In this document: positions 60,085-64,000 of the stretch, piece after piece
Numbering within the stretch: the stretch's first letter is position 1
Layout of the letters: the number at the start of each line of letters is the position of its first letter
From: Candidatus Acidiferrum sp.
GTDB lineage: Bacteria; Acidobacteriota; Terriglobia; Acidiferrales; UBA7541
Length of the DNA stretch: 64,000 nucleotides
Assembly (NCBI GenBank): GCA_035262325.1
Contig: DATFTB010000100.1
Span: 9,340 to 73,339, forward strand
Reading direction: 5' to 3'
Notes under the pieces: model-generated
The model's input: only the letters and a program-made list of their open reading frames with translations
The model's database searches: none
Told to the model about the DNA's origin: nothing
Made by a program: the position numbers and the translations under genes

Positions 60085-61173
60085 TTAGCTCTTCTGATCT
60101 TTGTGATTGCAGCATTCGCCCGGAGGGATCGGGTTTCCGTGCGGGCACGTCCTCGGATGGCCTAGAAAGCTGCAAATCCGCTCGTCCAGTTCCGGGCTGA
60201 TGATGTGCTCAAATTTGCAGGCCTGGCTGTGGGCCTCGTGATCGTCAATTCGAAAAGTGTCCTTGAAGAGGCGCTCCGCTAGCCGGTGTCGTCGCACCAC
60301 GTCACGCGCCCGGCTCTTTCCCCGGTCCGTAAGCTGAACCTCGTGATCTTCCCCCACGTGCACAAGGCGAAGATCCTCCATGCGCGCCAGGGCGCGAACG
60401 GGATCGACACCGCCGGGCGTGCGGATACGCTCTAGGTCCGCGCGGTTTCCTTCCTCGCCGCAAACCCAGATTTGCTCGAGCAAATGATCGAAGTGAATCC
60501 CGTCGTCCATCGAGATACGCTGATCCACAGCCAAATGGCCGTGGGCCAGTTCGATACGCCGGTCTGCCTGCTGCGCGATGTCGGGATCGTGCGTGACCAT
60601 CAGAATCGTGTGCCCCGCGCTGTGCAACTCTCGGAATAGTCCGATAACAATTTCTTCGTTGGCTTGGTCGAGATTTCCGGTGGGCTCGTCGGCCAGAATG
60701 AGCTTTGGCTGATTGATCAGCGCCCGGGCAATCGCGACGCGCTGCTGTTCGCCACCTGAAAGCTGCGACGGCAAATGCGTCAGCCGGTGGCCCAAGCCAA
60801 CGCGCTTCAGGGCCTCGGCGGCCTGCGCCTCGTCCGTGACGCTATGAAAATACTGCGCGAGCATCACGTTTTCGAGCGCATTCAGGTACGGCAGGAGATG
60901 AAACTGCTGGAACACGAAGCCGATTTTCTCTGCGCGGTAGCGCACCAGTTGGTTTTCGCCCAGGTCGGCCAAGTCCGCGCCGTCCACAACCACATGGCCG
61001 GACGTCAGCGTGTCCAGGCCTCCCAAAATATTGATCAATGTGGTTTTGCCGGAACCGGAAGGGCCCATCAGAGCGATCCATTCGCCGGCCTGAATCTTGA
61101 ACGAAATTCCGTCCAGCGCGCGCAGCGTGCCGTAGTTCTTGACGAGCGAGTCGATTTTGACCTGCGAGGTCAC
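60085..61173 (-). CDS. LolD/MacB-type ABC ATPase fused to a DtxR/MntR-like metal-binding domain
   Basis: [29 protein letters not shown]; then about 140 aa containing [22 protein letters not shown]. Confidence 0.92.
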   Translation of the reverse strand: MTSQVKIDSLVKNYGTLRALDGISFKIQAGEWIALMGPSGSGKTTLINILGGLDTLTSGHVVVDGADLADLGENQLVRYRAEKIGFVFQQFHLLPYLNALENVMLAQYFHSVTDEAQAAEALKRVGLGHRLTHLPSQLSGGEQQRVAIARALINQPKLILADEPTGNLDQANEEIVIGLFRELHSAGHTILMVTHDPDIAQQADRRIELAHGHLAVDQRISMDDGIHFDHLLEQIWVCGEEGNRADLERIRTPGGVDPVRALARMEDLRLVHVGEDHEVQLTDRGKSRARDVVRRHRLAERLFKDTFRIDDHEAHSQACKFEHIISPELDERICSFLGHPRTCPHGNPIPPGECCNHKDQKS

Positions 61174-62336
61174 TCTTCACCTCGAAACACGGACGCCGGC
61201 CTCACGCTGGCCAAACGGCGCAGCGGAAAGGCACTGGCGATGGAGACGATCACGGTCAGAGCGACAGAAACAGGATACACAATCCAGCGCGGCTGCGCAG
61301 CCACACCGAAAACCGCCTGGCCCAGCCACACGGAGGTCAGAAGACCCAGCGCCGAACCGATGACACCGCCCGCGACTCCGAGAAGGATGGCCTCGGCCAG
61401 GAACAGGTTGACCACCCGATCGACTGAGCCGCCAAGGGCTTTCATCAGGCCGACGTCGTTCTTGCGCTCGATGGCTACGTTGCTCATTCCGGCCATTACG
61501 CAGAGTGAAGTCAGAACCAGCACCAGCAGGACCGTCGCCGACAGCAGTCCACTGATGCGGTTGTAGATGTGGCCTTCGGCTTCGGCCAGTTGCTTGACGC
61601 CGTGGACCTCGGCGCCGGGCAAACGCCGCCCGAGCGACGAGATGAACGCGTTAATCGAGTCCGGCGTGCCGGTAACGCTGAGCTGAATCAAACTGATGCG
61701 GCCGGGCAAGCCGGCCAGCGATTGCGCAGCGCCGAGTTTGGTGAAAATCTGCGTATCTTCTGCGCCGCCGGTCGTCACCACGGCAAAAACCTTGCACGAG
61801 GCCTGTCGGCCCTCGTCGCGCAACTGCAGCGTGTCGCCCGCATGGACTTTGAACTGTTCGGCCGCCTTCACGCCCACTTCGCAGGCCACCTCGTCCCTTT
61901 CAAGGCCGGCGGAGTATTCAAGACGCCGACCGGGTCTTAATGTCGTCAAGCCGTGGCCCGAAACTCCGGCAATGACCGCGGGCTCGAAATGCACCGCACC
62001 TCCCTTCGCAACCTCGCCAATCACATAAAGAAAAGCGGCCGCAGGAATGGGCTTCGTCTCGTGCTCGGCTGGAATCAGGCCGAGGAGAGACTCATCGAGC
62101 GTGGTTCCATTGGCATCTGCGTCTGTCGTGGTGCGGGGTGCAATCACCACATTTGCGCCAAGGGTGCGAAATTCCCGCGTCAAACGGCGCTGCGCGTCAA
62201 TCTGCAGGTTGATCAGCGCGCTTGAAACCGCGGCGCCCGCACCCAGGGCCAGAAGGATTATGAGCAGGCGGCTATAGTTCGCGGTTAGCAGCCGTCTAAC
62301 GATGCGCCAGAACATGGCTGAGGGCGAGGCCATCAT
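61170..62336 (-). CDS. MacB/FtsX-type ABC permease
   Basis: TM1, periplasmic domain (GANVVI), ERKNDVGLMKALG, three C-terminal TMs; 4-nt overlaps on both sides. Confidence 0.9.
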   Translation of the reverse strand: MMASPSAMFWRIVRRLLTANYSRLLIILLALGAGAAVSSALINLQIDAQRRLTREFRTLGANVVIAPRTTTDADANGTTLDESLLGLIPAEHETKPIPAAAFLYVIGEVAKGGAVHFEPAVIAGVSGHGLTTLRPGRRLEYSAGLERDEVACEVGVKAAEQFKVHAGDTLQLRDEGRQASCKVFAVVTTGGAEDTQIFTKLGAAQSLAGLPGRISLIQLSVTGTPDSINAFISSLGRRLPGAEVHGVKQLAEAEGHIYNRISGLLSATVLLVLVLTSLCVMAGMSNVAIERKNDVGLMKALGGSVDRVVNLFLAEAILLGVAGGVIGSALGLLTSVWLGQAVFGVAAQPRWIVYPVSVALTVIVSIASAFPLRRLASVRPASVFRGEE

Positions 62337-63640
62337 TCGCCCCTCAGAATGGGCGCGGGATCGTAGCGCGAGGCACGCCTCAGGGGCAGCGCGCTGCCAA
62401 GCAGCGTGGTAACCGCGGCCAAAACCAAAATGATCACGAGCACAAACAGCTTTGGTTCCGGCGCAAATCCAAAAATCCTCACGCCTAGAAGACGGGCCAT
62501 GAGAATACCCACGGCGTAACCAAGGCCGCCGCCGACAACAGCGAGCAACAACTGTTCCGCAGCCAGCAGCACGCCGACGAGCCCCGAGTTCGCCCCCAAA
62601 GCTTTCATGAGGCCGATTTCGGTTCGGCGTTCGATCACGGAAGCGGCCGCTGACGCGCCAACAGCCAGCGCCGCTGCCAACAACGAGGCAAACGTCACAA
62701 GCCACAAGAGCGTGCGCACGCGCGTGAGAACATTTCCTTCGCCCTCAGCCACGCGGCGAATCACGCGGACATCCGTGCCCTTCAGCTCTTCGCTGATCTG
62801 CAATGCGATGGCGCTGATGTACGGCGTGCAGTACCACCTGTCATACTCCGCTGGCGTCAGCGTCTTCGGATCCTTGCGTGCGAAGGCGTCTTCCGGTTTC
62901 GTTAGTGCACTGACATAGAGGCGGCGATACTGGCCGGGCTTTTCCGCCAATTGCTGAGCGGCCGCGAGCGGGGCAACGACGGCGCTGTCTTCCGGTCCGC
63001 CGGTTGTGAGCACTCCGACAATCTTTAGCGCGCGCCATCCGGTGCGATCATTTGCTTTGATATTCAGCAGATCGCCTGTCTTCAGGCCCAGTTTCTTTGC
63101 GAACGCACTTCCAACCAGGCATTGGTCCGACCCTTCGTCAAACCACTTCCCTTCCACAGTCCACCACGGGTTCGTTCGCTCGATTCCGGTCACGTACGTC
63201 GTGCCGTCGGGAACCGCAACCGGATGCTGAGACCAGGTTCCGACCAGAGTGGTTTTATCGGCAACCCCGGAATTCGACCAGACCCTTGAGGCGGGAGACC
63301 AGGCCTCAATCGGCACGTCGAGAATTGGCGCGAAGGCCATGATGTTGAAACGCCAGAAAATCGTTTTCAGCTTGCCGAGGTCGGCCTCGGGAAGATAGGC
63401 CCCCGCGTTTGCCGGCCGGTAATCCACGCCGCCGATTTCGAGCGGCAGGGAATCGGCTCGCGGCGTCACCAACAAATTCGCGCCAAGACTTCGGAATTCC
63501 TGCGCCAAGCGGTCACCCACGTCCAGAGACACACTCAGCGCCGCCGTGGCCACGGCCATTCCGAGCGCTAGCGCCGCCGTGGTCAGCACTTTCCGGCGCG
63601 GTCGGCGGGTGAAGGAATCAGCTACGAGTCGAAGGAACAT
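62333..63640 (-). CDS. MacB/FtsX-type ABC permease
   Basis: GANLLVTP, KLKTIFW..NI..FAP, YDRWYCTPY, ERRTEIGLMKALGA. Confidence 0.92.
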   Translation of the reverse strand: MFLRLVADSFTRRPRRKVLTTAALALGMAVATAALSVSLDVGDRLAQEFRSLGANLLVTPRADSLPLEIGGVDYRPANAGAYLPEADLGKLKTIFWRFNIMAFAPILDVPIEAWSPASRVWSNSGVADKTTLVGTWSQHPVAVPDGTTYVTGIERTNPWWTVEGKWFDEGSDQCLVGSAFAKKLGLKTGDLLNIKANDRTGWRALKIVGVLTTGGPEDSAVVAPLAAAQQLAEKPGQYRRLYVSALTKPEDAFARKDPKTLTPAEYDRWYCTPYISAIALQISEELKGTDVRVIRRVAEGEGNVLTRVRTLLWLVTFASLLAAALAVGASAAASVIERRTEIGLMKALGANSGLVGVLLAAEQLLLAVVGGGLGYAVGILMARLLGVRIFGFAPEPKLFVLVIILVLAAVTTLLGSALPLRRASRYDPAPILRGE

Positions 63641-63666
63641 TTCGAGTTGTCAGGAAACGCACGCCC

Positions 63667-64000
63667 CTATCGGGCAATCTCTTCCACAGCCTTGGTCACC
63701 GAAGAAACGTCGATGACGATATCATCCCCCTCCAACTGCGATGGGAACCCGATGGGGTTGCAACCGCCCTTCTGTCCGATGGACGGGATATAGATCGCCG
63801 ACGCGCAGTGTCGGCAAATTACGTTTTGTCCGTCCTGGCGGTAGCCTTCCGCGCCGCAAATCAGGCAGGCGTCCAGCGCTGTGCCGTAGCCGTTCGGCTT
63901 TTTGATCACCAGGAACCGGATCGATTGGCCGTTGGCGGTCAGCGTGAACAGATGCAGGTTGCCATCCTGCACTTCAGAAACGGGGATGCGCACAAGATGG
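63667..64000 (-). CDS. C-terminal DUF2318 (Cys-rich, predicted Fe-S) domain of a gene truncated by the window edge
   Basis: DACLICG..GY.Q.G..VICRHC...I..PSIG..GGCNP; frame open to the window end. Confidence 0.85.
   Translation of the reverse strand, partial: HLVRIPVSEVQDGNLHLFTLTANGQSIRFLVIKKPNGYGTALDACLICGAEGYRQDGQNVICRHCASAIYIPSIGQKGGCNPIGFPSQLEGDDIVIDVSSVTKAVEEIAR

Noticed and set aside
1-64000. CRISPR arrays, rRNA/tRNA genes, transposases, integrases, phage or defence genes
   Set aside because: No repeat-spacer periodicity, complete cloverleaf or diagnostic motif was seen. The dgt gene looks like the housekeeping type in a core-gene context rather than a defence-island dGTPase.

Overview
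A GC-rich bacterial chromosomal segment. Gene content and protein styles suggest Acidobacteriota; this is an inference, not a database match. I can support about 58 intact or edge-truncated CDS and two pseudogene remnants, and I see no rRNA, tRNA, CRISPR array, transposase or integrase. Housekeeping and metabolic genes include dgt, moeB, mqnD, ggt, asnS, rocF, ddl, a heptose kinase, trxB, proline dehydrogenase, a cyclophilin, mscS, mscL, GH57 and GH63. Signalling modules are a MASE3-like GGDEF + PilZ pair, a STAS / 7-PAS hybrid kinase / REC-PP2C partner-switch cluster, and an orphan 5-PAS kinase. The most notable feature is at the right end: a Fet-like operon (DUF2318 protein, two MacB/FtsX permeases, ABC ATPase, DUF971). 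Its ATPase is fused in frame to a DtxR/MntR-type domain that keeps the metal ligands but has an eroded DNA-recognition helix, which suggests a transporter with a built-in metal sensor. Other candidates are a ~170-nt multi-stem RNA-like element upstream of asnS, a phased GAGAC/GTCTC operator array, a DUF6152/DUF6644 pair that looks CopC/CopD-like, and an M13 peptidase gene collapsed by a large internal deletion. All family assignments come from motif recognition by eye; no searches were run.
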